A stretch of 64,000 nucleotides of DNA from an uncultured virus (IMG/VR IMGVR_UViG_3300031335_000002). Taxonomy: Duplodnaviria > Heunggongvirae > Uroviricota > Caudoviricetes. Position numbers and translations under genes: made by a program. Position 1 is the first letter of the stretch. Every line of letters begins with the position of its first letter. The DNA is taken from IMG/VR virus record IMGVR_UViG_3300031335_000002. The stretch is one strand, 5' to 3'. Of the stretch, positions 48,543 to 58,842 are shown in pieces. A model generated the notes under the pieces. That model had not been told where the DNA came from, searched no databases, and was given only the letters and a program-made list of their open reading frames with translations.

Positions 48543-50746
48543 TAAAACTTTCCTTTTTGGTTCATGACTAGGTCTTCATACTGCTTAACAGTATCTTTAT
48601 TCCATCCGTTCAGTTTAGATAGGAGTGGAAACAGGGAAGATCGTTCTTTCGAGATTGCCTCAATGATACGATCGTAAGAAACAAGATGTCCTGACTCTTT
48701 AACATCAGCCCTAACTGAGTTAATTTTGTGTAGATCATCCCTCGTTATAGATGCGGTAATTTTCTCAAGTTTTTCATAGATTGGCCTTATAGCATTTATA
48801 TGCCTGCTTGGCCAAAACGGAAGTGTGTAAGAATTGTAAGAGGAATTTATGATATTACTAATACGATTTTTTGCAGTTATGCAATGCCTCAGATTAACAA
48901 GACGTTTGTATTCTCCACTATTAATTACCTCTTTAGCAGTGACATCAAGATTAATCCAATCTGGGTCTTTATCAAATCGACTCCACATAGTTTTAGGAAC
49001 AATAACAACTTTATCATCAGGACTTAGCCCAAGAATACTTTTCCAGTTAGGGAGAAGAAAATTTTCCTTGAAAGCCCCGTCTTGGATATCGTTTCTAAAC
49101 ATGCGAAGATAGTAACCACCCTCATCAAATTCTTCAGGTTCAAGTGTAGTATCGTAACCACGGAAGCTGCCATTCCCTTTCAGTTCCCTGAGTTTTACAC
49201 GAGACCTCCCCTTTTTAGGATGGGTGTAGTCTATTTCGTGGGTAAAAATAGTTCCCCTATTCTCTTTTGCACGCCTAGACTTATAGGTCTTTATCTGATC
49301 CAGAGCTTCTTTCTCGTTGTCGTCCGTTATTTCAACATAGGAAGCTCGACTAAAACCTTTTTCCGTTAGGTACTTATGTACACGTCTGGCATTATGCTTT
49401 GCTTGGGGCGCTCCCTTCCTTTGATCGGATATAATAAGAATTGGATCTGTGGTAAGCCGGTAAATTGAATCAGTAAAATGATTTGTTTTAGTAATTTTTG
49501 CGTTGGCTGTGGCTTTATGATCTATCCAAGCAAAAGAAAATTGGTCTAGCTCGGTTAGAATATGGGAATTGAGTAATTTGCCCCAAACAGAAGTAAACCT
49601 ACCTTCTTTGTAAACAGTAGCATTCCCATATTGCGGTTTCTTTGGGTCATATTTTTCTAGGTTTGAGTTAGTACTAAATTTTACTATTGAACTGGCAGAA
49701 GTGAAGTATTGTTGCTTAAAATAGTTATGTGAAACTCTACTCCGAAAGTATTTGTTAGCTTCTTCAAGCGTTTTAAATTTGTTTACTACTTCAAGAGTAT
49801 CCTCTAAGATTACATCTGATACTTCATTAATTCTCTTTTTAATAGAGTCAGCAGTAGGTTCATCTTTACCGAAAGATAGCTCCTCCCGAGACAGAGTTAT
49901 CTCAAGTTCCCCCATTTCAAAGGGTAGGACAATAATGTCATCACGACCACAAAGTTTTGTTAGAGTAATAATTTCGGAAGAAGAAACATAATCGTTAGGC
50001 TTGATAGGATAAAGAACGGTACCCATTTTAGCAAAAACAATGGTTTCGTTATACCCTATCCCTACGGGGCTTCCGTTTTTATCACAGAAATTGCCTATCT
50101 TGTAAAGACCTTTTTTATCAATGTCATATTTGATACGCTTTTTAGGCTCAAACCCCTCTGGGATAGGGTCATAGGCGAGAGAAACCCACTCAGCAGCATC
50201 CCGGAAAGACTGAACGTCTCTAGCATCAACAGGGAAAGTTACCTCTAGACCAGTTTCATCATTAGAGTCTTCCTCGTGCATCAAGTTAATGGTTGGTACA
50301 CCGTCTCGACCAATTACTGCTGAATAGACCCTACGCTTTCCATCATGCCAAGATGTAACCCCGTATGTGTCAGTGTAGGAGAAAGGCGATTTAGAACCAA
50401 GACCCCACTTGCCCGTTTGAGAGTTTGTATCCTCTTTTGTAGATTGGAACACAGTTGTATACAGTCCCATGACATCTTCATGAGACAATCCATAGCCATA
50501 ATCACGCACCCTAAACTCGTTGTTGAACAAACTAGGAAACGTAACAGAAAAGGGGCGGTCCTTGTTACCACGTTCTGTATGAGCGTCGTAAGCGTTAGAC
50601 CAGATTTCCCTAGTAATTGATTCCGCCTTGCGGGAGTATAGACCGTCAATAAGAGCCTTAAAGGCCTTTCCATTCTCAGCAATTTTGAAACGACCTTCTT
50701 GAGACACGCTCGTACGTACATCACGTTCTTCTTGCATCAACTTCAT
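48542..50746 (-). CDS. rIIA: rIIA-like protein (N-terminal GHKL ATPase)
   Basis: REIWSNAYDAH, VRDYGYGL, STK...GKWGLGSKSPFSY; coupled to rIIB. Confidence 0.9.
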   Translation of the reverse strand: MKLMQEERDVRTSVSQEGRFKIAENGKAFKALIDGLYSRKAESITREIWSNAYDAHTERGNKDRPFSVTFPSLFNNEFRVRDYGYGLSHEDVMGLYTTVFQSTKEDTNSQTGKWGLGSKSPFSYTDTYGVTSWHDGKRRVYSAVIGRDGVPTINLMHEEDSNDETGLEVTFPVDARDVQSFRDAAEWVSLAYDPIPEGFEPKKRIKYDIDKKGLYKIGNFCDKNGSPVGIGYNETIVFAKMGTVLYPIKPNDYVSSSEIITLTKLCGRDDIIVLPFEMGELEITLSREELSFGKDEPTADSIKKRINEVSDVILEDTLEVVNKFKTLEEANKYFRSRVSHNYFKQQYFTSASSIVKFSTNSNLEKYDPKKPQYGNATVYKEGRFTSVWGKLLNSHILTELDQFSFAWIDHKATANAKITKTNHFTDSIYRLTTDPILIISDQRKGAPQAKHNARRVHKYLTEKGFSRASYVEITDDNEKEALDQIKTYKSRRAKENRGTIFTHEIDYTHPKKGRSRVKLRELKGNGSFRGYDTTLEPEEFDEGGYYLRMFRNDIQDGAFKENFLLPNWKSILGLSPDDKVVIVPKTMWSRFDKDPDWINLDVTAKEVINSGEYKRLVNLRHCITAKNRISNIINSSYNSYTLPFWPSRHINAIRPIYEKLEKITASITRDDLHKINSVRADVKESGHLVSYDRIIEAISKERSSLFPLLSKLNGWNKDTVKQYEDLVMNQKGKF

Positions 50747-51033
50747 TTTGGATAGATTCCTTCAATTATGATTCGTCTAGCATTTTCTAAAGAGTAAGTC
50801 TTGTAGATGAGGAAAATAGAGTCTGCGTCACCTATACACAACCCTTTAGAATACACCTGAGGAACAGTTCTGTGTTTTGCCACAAAGAGTGGCCGGATAG
50901 ATGTTGCATTAACTTCAGTAAATTCAAATTCGAGTTCTCGAAGAATTCTCTTTACATCATTGCAGTGTGGGCAATATTCTTTTCTTGTGAATACTACTAA
51001 ATCTTCTTTAGAGTAAGATAACAGATCTCCCAT
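50743..51033 (-). CDS. glutaredoxin
   Basis: CPHC, TVPQV, IG motifs. Confidence 0.85.
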   Translation of the reverse strand: MGDLLSYSKEDLVVFTRKEYCPHCNDVKRILRELEFEFTEVNATSIRPLFVAKHRTVPQVYSKGLCIGDADSIFLIYKTYSLENARRIIIEGIYPK

Positions 51034-51220
51034 CTACAATCCCCCTATAGTCTGATTCAAATTTATTCCATCTCAAATCATACTCTTGACCTTTATATTT
51101 CACAGTTATAATGTCAGAGAAAAAGTATGACAAATTTCCGCTCATACTTCCCCTAACGAATTCAGCTTTGATAAACTTCCCTTCCCTCTCAACAAGAAGA
51201 GTCTCTGTATTATCACTCAT
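51008..51220 (-). CDS. hypothetical protein
   Basis: 70 aa, coupled in operon. Confidence 0.6.
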   Translation of the reverse strand: MSDNTETLLVEREGKFIKAEFVRGSMSGNLSYFFSDIITVKYKGQEYDLRWNKFESDYRGIVDGRSVILL

Positions 51221-51726
51221 CAGAATTCCTCTGCCACAATAATTTCACTGTAGTGATCCTCATAGTTGTAGTCATTTTTCCGCATCTTCAGAAATTTCTT
51301 AACTGAATCAGTTTCACCAAAGATTAGGATTTCTCCATATCCAATTCCCATTTGTGATGGATGTAAGAACTCTACACGATCCAGAGTATTAGACAAACCG
51401 TGAATCGTCCTATTCATAACTGTTGATTGGTTATCATCAGGATCAGTAAATAGAATAAGAGAGTTAGAAGAGAGAGAAGTTACCAGTTTGGGAAGAAGAA
51501 GAAGAGTGATTGGGTCACACATATAGACTTCGACTGTAAGATCCTCTTTACGCCCGGCCAAACTTTTGATGACGTCTTGGACAATTCGTTCATTGTCTCG
51601 TTTCAATACCATTTTTCTCCTTGCTGTTTTTCTTTGAGGGATCTTTGGATCTTCATCCCCTTTCTTTGGCCGTCCCGGTTTACGCTTGACTTTACTTGTC
51701 GCAGGCCCCTTTGTTTCGTTTTCCAT
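51220..51726 (-). CDS. hypothetical protein with AT-hook-like motif
   Basis: KRKPGRPKK. Confidence 0.65.
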   Translation of the reverse strand: MENETKGPATSKVKRKPGRPKKGDEDPKIPQRKTARRKMVLKRDNERIVQDVIKSLAGRKEDLTVEVYMCDPITLLLLPKLVTSLSSNSLILFTDPDDNQSTVMNRTIHGLSNTLDRVEFLHPSQMGIGYGEILIFGETDSVKKFLKMRKNDYNYEDHYSEIIVAEEF

Positions 51727-51958
51727 TCTTTTCCTCTTTGAATTTAGATACAGTCATAGCCACATCGTCGTAGATACCGTCAGATCCTTGTACGAACCTA
51801 CGAGCATTTTTCTCACCGTGTTCATGCTTTACGTTGTACACGTCATACAACGCCCCTTTCTCGTAGAATTGAGTTTCAGACAGCACACAACGCAGCTTCG
51901 AATTTGTCTTGATTATTTGATTTGTTTGACCAGAGTAGTGAGGTTCCAAACTTTCCAT
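51692..51958 (-). CDS. hypothetical protein
   Basis: About 88 aa ORF in operon. Confidence 0.6.
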   Translation of the reverse strand: MESLEPHYSGQTNQIIKTNSKLRCVLSETQFYEKGALYDVYNVKHEHGEKNARRFVQGSDGIYDDVAMTVSKFKEEKNGKRNKGACDK

Positions 51959-52634
51959 TTTCAATTTCCTTTCGGAATCCTATAATGTGAGAGAGATGAT
52001 GTGCGGATACTTGGTATCCATCTTTGTAGTCTTTATTGTATTTAATAGCAATCTTATCACACCAAGAGTTCCACATGTGTTCTGGATTCTTCATTGGCTC
52101 GTGATAACATAGACCGATATATCTAGTTACAAGATCGCGATTACGCCAAACGTTGTATTCGTAATTAGGGTAGGGGGAATTATCGTAATTTGGCTTTTTA
52201 TTTGCTTTCAAAACCCTGTCTGATAACTTTGATATTGTCTCCCACCTAATACTTTTGTAGGGACGGGAACTAGGTAGTTCAAACTTGTGCTTTTTGTTAA
52301 AGTCCTGTATGTGATGTGTATCAATGCAACCTATGGGGTGCCCACACATTTGCAGAACAAAACCAACTTTTGTAAGATTCAGACCCTTTATATCCAGCAA
52401 GTGGTAAAACCTATCAGTGAGACAAAACTCTTCGCTTGTTGCAGCTTCAAAGTACTTATCAACGTTGTCAACAAGATGTGACCAACCTTCTTCTGTTGTT
52501 GAGGTAATTTTGTTATCTACATCAATTCTGTTAAAAGGGCGTCGAATTGAATGCATTGTAAACCTACACACAGCAAGGAAGCCTTCAATAGACTTCGCTT
52601 GCTGTGCAATAAGGGGGACATGTTCATTATACAT
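51876..52634 (-). CDS. HhH-type DNA glycosylase-like protein (putative)
   Basis: IKGLNLTKVGFVLQM...IGCIDTHHI resembles the HhH motif followed by a catalytic Asp. Confidence 0.55.
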   Translation of the reverse strand: MYNEHVPLIAQQAKSIEGFLAVCRFTMHSIRRPFNRIDVDNKITSTTEEGWSHLVDNVDKYFEAATSEEFCLTDRFYHLLDIKGLNLTKVGFVLQMCGHPIGCIDTHHIQDFNKKHKFELPSSRPYKSIRWETISKLSDRVLKANKKPNYDNSPYPNYEYNVWRNRDLVTRYIGLCYHEPMKNPEHMWNSWCDKIAIKYNKDYKDGYQVSAHHLSHIIGFRKEIENGKFGTSLLWSNKSNNQDKFEAALCAV

Positions 52635-52649
52635 GTTTAATATTTTCCT

Positions 52650-54752
52650 TTAGATTTCGCAACCTCCAGCGACGCAAGCTAGCTCTTGACTACCTTTTGT
52701 CATGTCGGTGCTTTCATAAAATGAAAGTAGAGACCAATCAACCTCTACACTACGTTCACGGCTCCATTCTCTGTATTCTTCTTCAGAGATTTCAGCATAA
52801 GGAGCTTGCTGATAAGTCCCGCCATCGTAAGGCAAGAAAGAAACACCAGACATCTTGTCAAAGTGCTCATAGACAAATTTTCCTACTTCTTCCCATTCGT
52901 GATCTTCAACTGAAATTGTCACAGATGGTTTGTGCTCACACCAGTGGTCTTGGTAAACAAGCCAAGTCTTAAGCTGATCGATAGCATTTATATCATGCCT
53001 AAAGACGGCTTTGTCTGGCGCTTTCATTGGAAAATAGAATACAGTGCTGCTATACTCTTCTTCTCCAACTACTTGATATTCTTTCAAAAGAGTTTTAGTC
53101 TTAATATCAAAGACATAGCTGTTGTTATTGACTTTCCCTTCTTCGTCTTTAGAAAGATTTTCATAGTCCTCCACGATAGCAAGCCCACCTTTACTGAAAA
53201 ACTCCATAACATTAGGCTCCCAGTACACTCCTTGATCCTTCATAAGAAGGGTAACAGGGTCTTTGTTATCATTTCGTACTGTACGAAGGTAGTATGGAGC
53301 AAAACGAGTATGGATGCCAGAGGCACTATCTACCATTTGAGACACTGTACCACTAGGCTTTACACAAGTAATAGCAACAGACTGATTAATGCCTAGCTTA
53401 TTGGCCCAAATACGGTTTACCTCTACAGCATACTCCCTGAAGTAATCAAGGGTTGCCTCCAGACCAGAGTTCTTACGAGTCATTAGAGGGTTATCCATAA
53501 TACCAGTAAGAGACACGCCTAGGAGTCTTTCTTCTTCAGTATTCTTTTTCCAGATACTACGTAGATTAGGGAAATGGGTTAGAGTAGATTGGATAGTACC
53601 AAGAATCACCGCTTTGCGGATCTTCTCTTTAATATCTTCAACGGTATCTTTGGGCCGTATAACAGCCTCTGTTAAGTTACAGAACTGATAAGGACGAAGG
53701 ATTATTTCACTGCACGGATTTGTGCCAAAGTTAATCTTTTCCCAACGACTTGGGTCATTAGCACTTGTAGCATGGGTCATACGACGACCGTGTTTTTTAA
53801 TAATCCTTTGTGCCGCTTCTCTGTTGAAGATACCCCTCTCACCAGAACCAGATTTAATCAAGGCCTGCCATTCTTCCCAGAAAGTGGCTTCGTTTGGCTT
53901 ATGGTCATATGCAACTGAGTTATTGCTCAGAGCACGTTCAGGATGTACAATATACCATTCACCCTCTTTAGCAATGCGAAGCTCAGCGTCATCAAGGTCG
54001 GAAAGCGAGATCATTGCGGATCGACGGACTCCACCAACAACAATAACTTGAGCAATCTTGCACATTATGTCATGACACTCTTGTGTTTTAAGTTGGCGAC
54101 CTCTCGCCTCACGAAACACTTTAACAACAAAATGAAAAAGATCTTCTAGCGGTTCAGGTCCACTAGCACGTCCACCAAAAGTTTTTAGTGGGGTACCAGC
54201 TTTACGGACACGAGTTGTGTCCCAGCTAGGCTCAATGCCAGAAAAGAGTAGGGATATAAGCTGATGCAAAGCATCCGCCCAACTTTCTTTGAAGTCTTCT
54301 ACAATAATTTGTGTAGGGACTTTTGTCATAGTCTCTGCAACTTCAGGAAGGTCACACACAAACTTATTTTCTACAGAGAAACCAACACCTGTACCGTTTG
54401 ACAAGATAATCATAGTTTCTCTAAAGGAATGGATGTTGTCAACAACAAGAAAAGCACAATTAAAGCCAGCCGTGTTATCTCGATCTAGAGCAGGTCCTGC
54501 TGTCATCATTGCCCTCATAGAAGGCATGGCTTCAAGATCATAAATACCTTGTCGTAGTTCTGAGATCACATCAAGGTCCTCTTGGCTTAATTCGCCAATG
54601 TGACCCCTCATAACACTGGTGACAACATTATCAATGTATCTATCTACCGTTTCATGGTAGTTTTCTCGCCTTTGGAGGAACTCAATCCATCGAGCATAAC
54701 GAGAAAGGGCAATAAACTTTTGGTAAGAAGTAGGTAGTTCGGATGAATTCAT
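52650..54752 (-). CDS. nrdJ: class II (B12-dependent) ribonucleotide reductase
   Basis: PSMRAMM, FNCAF, GGVRRSA, TNPCSEI, TCVKPSGT, C-terminal CVAGGCEI; no small subunit nearby. Confidence 0.93.
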   Translation of the reverse strand: MNSSELPTSYQKFIALSRYARWIEFLQRRENYHETVDRYIDNVVTSVMRGHIGELSQEDLDVISELRQGIYDLEAMPSMRAMMTAGPALDRDNTAGFNCAFLVVDNIHSFRETMIILSNGTGVGFSVENKFVCDLPEVAETMTKVPTQIIVEDFKESWADALHQLISLLFSGIEPSWDTTRVRKAGTPLKTFGGRASGPEPLEDLFHFVVKVFREARGRQLKTQECHDIMCKIAQVIVVGGVRRSAMISLSDLDDAELRIAKEGEWYIVHPERALSNNSVAYDHKPNEATFWEEWQALIKSGSGERGIFNREAAQRIIKKHGRRMTHATSANDPSRWEKINFGTNPCSEIILRPYQFCNLTEAVIRPKDTVEDIKEKIRKAVILGTIQSTLTHFPNLRSIWKKNTEEERLLGVSLTGIMDNPLMTRKNSGLEATLDYFREYAVEVNRIWANKLGINQSVAITCVKPSGTVSQMVDSASGIHTRFAPYYLRTVRNDNKDPVTLLMKDQGVYWEPNVMEFFSKGGLAIVEDYENLSKDEEGKVNNNSYVFDIKTKTLLKEYQVVGEEEYSSTVFYFPMKAPDKAVFRHDINAIDQLKTWLVYQDHWCEHKPSVTISVEDHEWEEVGKFVYEHFDKMSGVSFLPYDGGTYQQAPYAEISEEEYREWSRERSVEVDWSLLSFYESTDMTKGSQELACVAGGCEI

Positions 54753-54782
54753 TAGTCCTCCTATGGTAGTTTCTAGTATTAC

Positions 54783-54806
54783 ACCCCCACCGTTAAGCGG
54801 GGGGTG
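54783..54806 (-). other. intergenic hairpin upstream of nrdJ
   Basis: CACCCCCACCG-TTAA-GCGGGGGGTG. Confidence 0.45.
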
Positions 54807-54814
54807 ATTATTAT

Positions 54815-55186
54815 TTAAAGGTCTCTTGGGAGGTATCTCCCTTCTTTTTCAACAAGTTGCACCTCTTCTAGAGGTGGTCCGTTGTACCTTTTTTCTGCTG
54901 GTAGCCAGTCCTCAGCTAGGATGAGGGTCCGTTTAGAAAAAGGGGTTACCTTAAACAGAACTTTTTGGTCTATTCTCTCGTCACCTAGGTAGAAGAGCCC
55001 TAACTCAGCTTTTGCATTACATCTCTTCTTTGTAACTGGTAGAACTTTGAGACAAATTCCTACATAAATTCGTCCATCCATTCCACCTTTAGAATAAATA
55101 ACATGGTTACCTACTCTGATCTCTCTTCCAAATCGATCAGGGACATAGTCTTTACTCTTGTCAGTCGTGCCGTTAAAGAGGTCCAT
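54815..55186 (-). CDS. hypothetical protein
   Basis: DRFGREIRVGNHVIY; start likely ATG 55186. Confidence 0.6.
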   Translation of the reverse strand: MDLFNGTTDKSKDYVPDRFGREIRVGNHVIYSKGGMDGRIYVGICLKVLPVTKKRCNAKAELGLFYLGDERIDQKVLFKVTPFSKRTLILAEDWLPAEKRYNGPPLEEVQLVEKEGRYLPRDL

Positions 55187-55445
55187 CGTTGTATTCCTTT
55201 GGATTATTTGATTTACTAAGACTGACCACACGATCAATGTATGCATCAGCAACGGCGATTAGACTTTCTGGAGCTTTGTCGTTGAAGTGTGTTTTAGGAG
55301 AAACCTTATTCGTCAACCTAACATAGCTTAACCAATAACTTCTGCATACTGCGTTTTTTTCACATACTGAAAAATGGCGTCCTGACATCTTTTCGATGAC
55401 ACACTTAACTCGATAGTCAACTTGGTATATAGTTTCGGTTTTCAT
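55173..55445 (-). CDS. hypothetical protein
   Basis: 90 aa with RBS. Confidence 0.6.
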   Translation of the reverse strand: MKTETIYQVDYRVKCVIEKMSGRHFSVCEKNAVCRSYWLSYVRLTNKVSPKTHFNDKAPESLIAVADAYIDRVVSLSKSNNPKEYNDGPL

Positions 55446-55471
55446 GCTGTATTCCTACATCAGGGTTATTG

Positions 55472-55687
55472 TTACATTCCCTTTTTAAGGAAAACCCAAA
55501 TAATAGCCAACACAAAGAAGATGAGGATAATAGCAAGCGGGATCAAAAGAGGTGAAAGTACCCACCACCAAGACCATGATGCAACTACACCAACTTGGCC
55601 TAGTTTAAGACCCACAAACAGCAGGGTTAGTAGTTGCAGGAACCCTACGAACCTGTAGTTGTGTTCAACAGTTTTTTTCTCAGACAT
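55472..55687 (-). CDS. small membrane protein
   Basis: LLTLLFVGLKL...WSWWWVLSP, a common phage TM family. Confidence 0.8.
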   Translation of the reverse strand: MSEKKTVEHNYRFVGFLQLLTLLFVGLKLGQVGVVASWSWWWVLSPLLIPLAIILIFFVLAIIWVFLKKGM

Positions 55688-55770
55688 CTTATCTCCTATA
55701 TAGTTATTAGACTAATTTGTTATTTAATGAGGCAGGTTCCTTACCCTGCCCCACCGTAGTTATTCTTCAT

Positions 55771-55788
55771 CTTTAACGTCACCTAAAT
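55771..55788 (-). promoter_or_regulatory. class A phage RNAP promoter
   Basis: ATTTAGGTGACGTTAAA|GATGAA; first 11 nt identical to the SP6 promoter. Confidence 0.8.
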
Positions 55789-55964
55789 TTTTCTTTGATT
55801 GCTCATACTTATCTAGCTCCTTTAGCACTTCTCGTGCTGTTTCTGCCGGGTAAGTCCCCATGACCCAGTGCCAATTTACAAAGCTCCTTATAGCTTCAAT
55901 GTTGCCACCAAAGAAGTTAAGTAACGCCCTCAGATTATCACTTACTTGTATTGTCCTTTTAATT

Positions 55965-58682
55965 TTAGATTTCTTTCATTTCTTCTACTCTCATGAGCTT
56001 GTCTGTATCAGCCTGCATCCTTCCAGTTTTATGATTGTAATATAGCTTACCAGCAGGGCCGGTTTGGCCAGTGAAGCGACACTTGAGTACACTTAGCATC
56101 ATAGTGTTTCGCTCTTTCTCGTCGTCTGACTCTTGGTTTCTTGCAAAGCCAATGACGTCGAAAGAAATCTGTTTGATAGAACCAGAATTGTGGGTGATTA
56201 TATGGTTACCCAATAAGAACCTACCGTCTCCGTCTAAGGTAAAGCCATAGTATCTATCTTCATTAAGTTTCTCAATGATAATTTCTCTTTTTAGACAGTC
56301 ATTACGTTTCCTACTAGGTGGTACTCTTGATGACTTTTGACAAGGTATCTTATCTATTGCACCTGAAATCGTTACTTGGTAAATAGTAGAGTTATATGAA
56401 GAATAGCTTGTTGAAGTTATCTTTTGAGGGCGACAAGTACTATAAAAACCTAAAGACCTTGCAATGTCCTTTACATCTTCCGCCATTGTTTTATCTTTCT
56501 GGTAAAAATAAAAACACCTGTCTTTCTTTGAGTAAGTTCCGTCTGTATCTATTAACCCGGCAATTAACTGGATTCTATTTTCCCTAGAGTTAAACTTATA
56601 GTCAGGAGGAATGTGTTTGTTATTTAGAACACCAATATGCCTTAATTTATTGAGTAAATCACCTTTTGTAGTAGTTACAAAGTTGAAATATTCTTTCTTT
56701 CTATTAGATGGTGTCTTCAAAGTTGCATTCAATTCTTTACTTACCCTTTTTGCAATACCTAAGTCAGAAGCATCCATGATCCTGAAAGCAGACTTAGAAC
56801 CGTCTCCAAGCCAAACCCCTAAAGAGTAAGGGGGTATAATAAGATCCTTATTATCTAGTTCATACCCTTCCGAGAAGTGTTGTTTACACCTAACCTGAAA
56901 GCTTTTACTTTTATCTAAAAAGTCTTTAACTTTCATATCAAACATTCTATTATTTCTTGATAGAGTCAATACATGGTTCTCATTACAGATAAAATAATCT
57001 TTTGATGTTTTGTTAGATACTTTATACATACGTTGTTCACCGGTTTTTAGGCTCATAACTGTTCTTGGTAATGAGTCTGGACCCATGAGCTTGTCACCAA
57101 CTTTGATGTCTTGTACTTTTACTTTTCTACCCTTATAGCTTAATACTTCTGTGTCATAAGCTAAACAACCTTTGATGTCGTCTAGGGACGGAATACGACC
57201 TTGTTCAAAAGTTTTCTGGTCGTTGTTTCTTTTACGAAGGTGAGAGATTAGACCAATCCACACATCATACTTCTTAGCTAGATGCAAGAGACTGTTCATA
57301 ATCTTGTCAATGGCTTCATTACCAGTAAGCCCGTCTGAACCTTCAGAAACAAGAATTGTAATGTGATCGATAAAAAGATACTTACAACCTTTCAGACACA
57401 TGAACTCTAGGTGGTCCATAATAGACCCGTCGCTGATAGAGCCTTGATGGTCCAACACCAGAATATCTCCATCTGCGAAGACCTTATCAAAGCCTTCTCT
57501 CAGGTTTTCCATAGGGACATCTTCGTAAGAGGGGTTCTTGTTGATAGCCATACCAGAGAGCTTCTTAGTGTACTCCTCTGGTGACTCCTCTAGGCTGATG
57601 ATACCTACCCTACTAGAGGAGTGAACCCATGCCTCTCCGGTCTCCTCTGAGACACCCTGCTGTAGGTGGTAAACGATCTCTCTCATTAGGGTAGACTTCC
57701 CAGAGCCTGTGCCAGAGGTCCAAAGGGTGATTTCACCAGTTCGTATACCTCTAAGCTTTTCGTTTAGACCCTCCATATAGTCTGGGTAAGGTACAGACTG
57801 TTTATTGTTATATGCCTCTAGCCTTTCCCAGAGGTCTTTACCGTTAAGAATAGCAGCAGGAGAATACTCTCTAGCATCAGCAATAGCCCAAACTACGTGG
57901 TCTATGCCATACTCTTTTGCATAGTCGCAAGCATCCTTTACACCATCAACTGTCTGAACAACTTTAACCTTGTCGTAGCCAAGTATCTTAGCGGCTTCTT
58001 TAGTTGCTTTTTGACCGGGTCCGTCATTATCAAACCAGATAACAATCTCATCAAACTTCCTGAGTTCCTCTCTTACGTCAATTAAGTCTTTTGTTGCAAC
58101 GGAACTTTGAATAGAGTAAACAGGGTAGTGTCTTTTATAGATGCCGTAGTTGCCATCTTGTACTTTCATACAGTCGTCTTCACCTTCGGTGATTACTACC
58201 CTCTTACCCTTGTTTGGGAACAGACCCCAACCAAACAAGCCTTTCATTTCACCTACTGTGCCTTCAGAGAAATCCTTAGGTAGAACTCTCTTCTTATAGC
58301 CTTTTGGAATACCATCATCAATGTTATAGGCATAATAAACTGCTTCTTGGTCTCCATCATCAAAGTAGGATACTTTACAGTTGTATAGCTCCATTGTTCG
58401 TAGAGATATTTTCTTCAACTCGTATTTATCCGAGTCATAGGCATCAAATACAGCTTTGGCAAACTTAGGGTCTTTACGATCAGACCAACCCTTTGGTTTC
58501 TTAGAGTATTCCTCCTTTGTTTTATATTCTCCGGTACCCATTTCCTCTCCAGTATCGGGATCAAACGACCCTGATTTAAACTTTGCTCCACATTCTGCAT
58601 TATGACAGTAACCACCACCATCATCAAAGACTGTGAAGCTGTTACCCCCATGAGCGGGGCAAATCTGATTATACTTGGGCAT
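55965..58682 (-). CDS. T7 gp4-like DNA primase-helicase containing an intein
   Basis: Zn finger CPAH...CHNAEC, TOPRIM ITEGEDD/FDNDGPG/KDACD, Walker A SGTGSGKS, FIDHI, ISHL, DIKG|SGSIKQ, KCRFTGQTG. Confidence 0.95.
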   Translation of the reverse strand: MPKYNQICPAHGGNSFTVFDDGGGYCHNAECGAKFKSGSFDPDTGEEMGTGEYKTKEEYSKKPKGWSDRKDPKFAKAVFDAYDSDKYELKKISLRTMELYNCKVSYFDDGDQEAVYYAYNIDDGIPKGYKKRVLPKDFSEGTVGEMKGLFGWGLFPNKGKRVVITEGEDDCMKVQDGNYGIYKRHYPVYSIQSSVATKDLIDVREELRKFDEIVIWFDNDGPGQKATKEAAKILGYDKVKVVQTVDGVKDACDYAKEYGIDHVVWAIADAREYSPAAILNGKDLWERLEAYNNKQSVPYPDYMEGLNEKLRGIRTGEITLWTSGTGSGKSTLMREIVYHLQQGVSEETGEAWVHSSSRVGIISLEESPEEYTKKLSGMAINKNPSYEDVPMENLREGFDKVFADGDILVLDHQGSISDGSIMDHLEFMCLKGCKYLFIDHITILVSEGSDGLTGNEAIDKIMNSLLHLAKKYDVWIGLISHLRKRNNDQKTFEQGRIPSLDDIKGCLAYDTEVLSYKGRKVKVQDIKVGDKLMGPDSLPRTVMSLKTGEQRMYKVSNKTSKDYFICNENHVLTLSRNNRMFDMKVKDFLDKSKSFQVRCKQHFSEGYELDNKDLIIPPYSLGVWLGDGSKSAFRIMDASDLGIAKRVSKELNATLKTPSNRKKEYFNFVTTTKGDLLNKLRHIGVLNNKHIPPDYKFNSRENRIQLIAGLIDTDGTYSKKDRCFYFYQKDKTMAEDVKDIARSLGFYSTCRPQKITSTSYSSYNSTIYQVTISGAIDKIPCQKSSRVPPSRKRNDCLKREIIIEKLNEDRYYGFTLDGDGRFLLGNHIITHNSGSIKQISFDVIGFARNQESDDEKERNTMMLSVLKCRFTGQTGPAGKLYYNHKTGRMQADTDKLMRVEEMKEI
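56187..57167 (-). mobile_element. intein with LAGLIDADG homing endonuclease (327 aa)
   Basis: Starts CLAYDTEV, block B CNENHVL, LGVWLGDG and LIAGLIDTDG, ends ITHN followed by Ser. Confidence 0.95.
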
Positions 58683-58683
58683 T

Positions 58684-58842
58684 TTACTCCTTTAGCATAG
58701 CCTGCGTCCAACTCTCAAGGGAAAATTTATTATCTCCCAAGAAAGACACCCCACCAATAGGTTTATAGCCTTTTTGCATAAGACTATTAACTTGGCTCTC
58801 CAATATATACCTATCAGAACACTTAACTACTTTGTATTTCAT
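58684..58842 (-). CDS. small hypothetical protein (DUF1737-like)
   Basis: MKYKVV...VNSLMQKGYKPIGGVS...QAMLK. Confidence 0.65.
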   Translation of the reverse strand: MKYKVVKCSDRYILESQVNSLMQKGYKPIGGVSFLGDNKFSLESWTQAMLKE

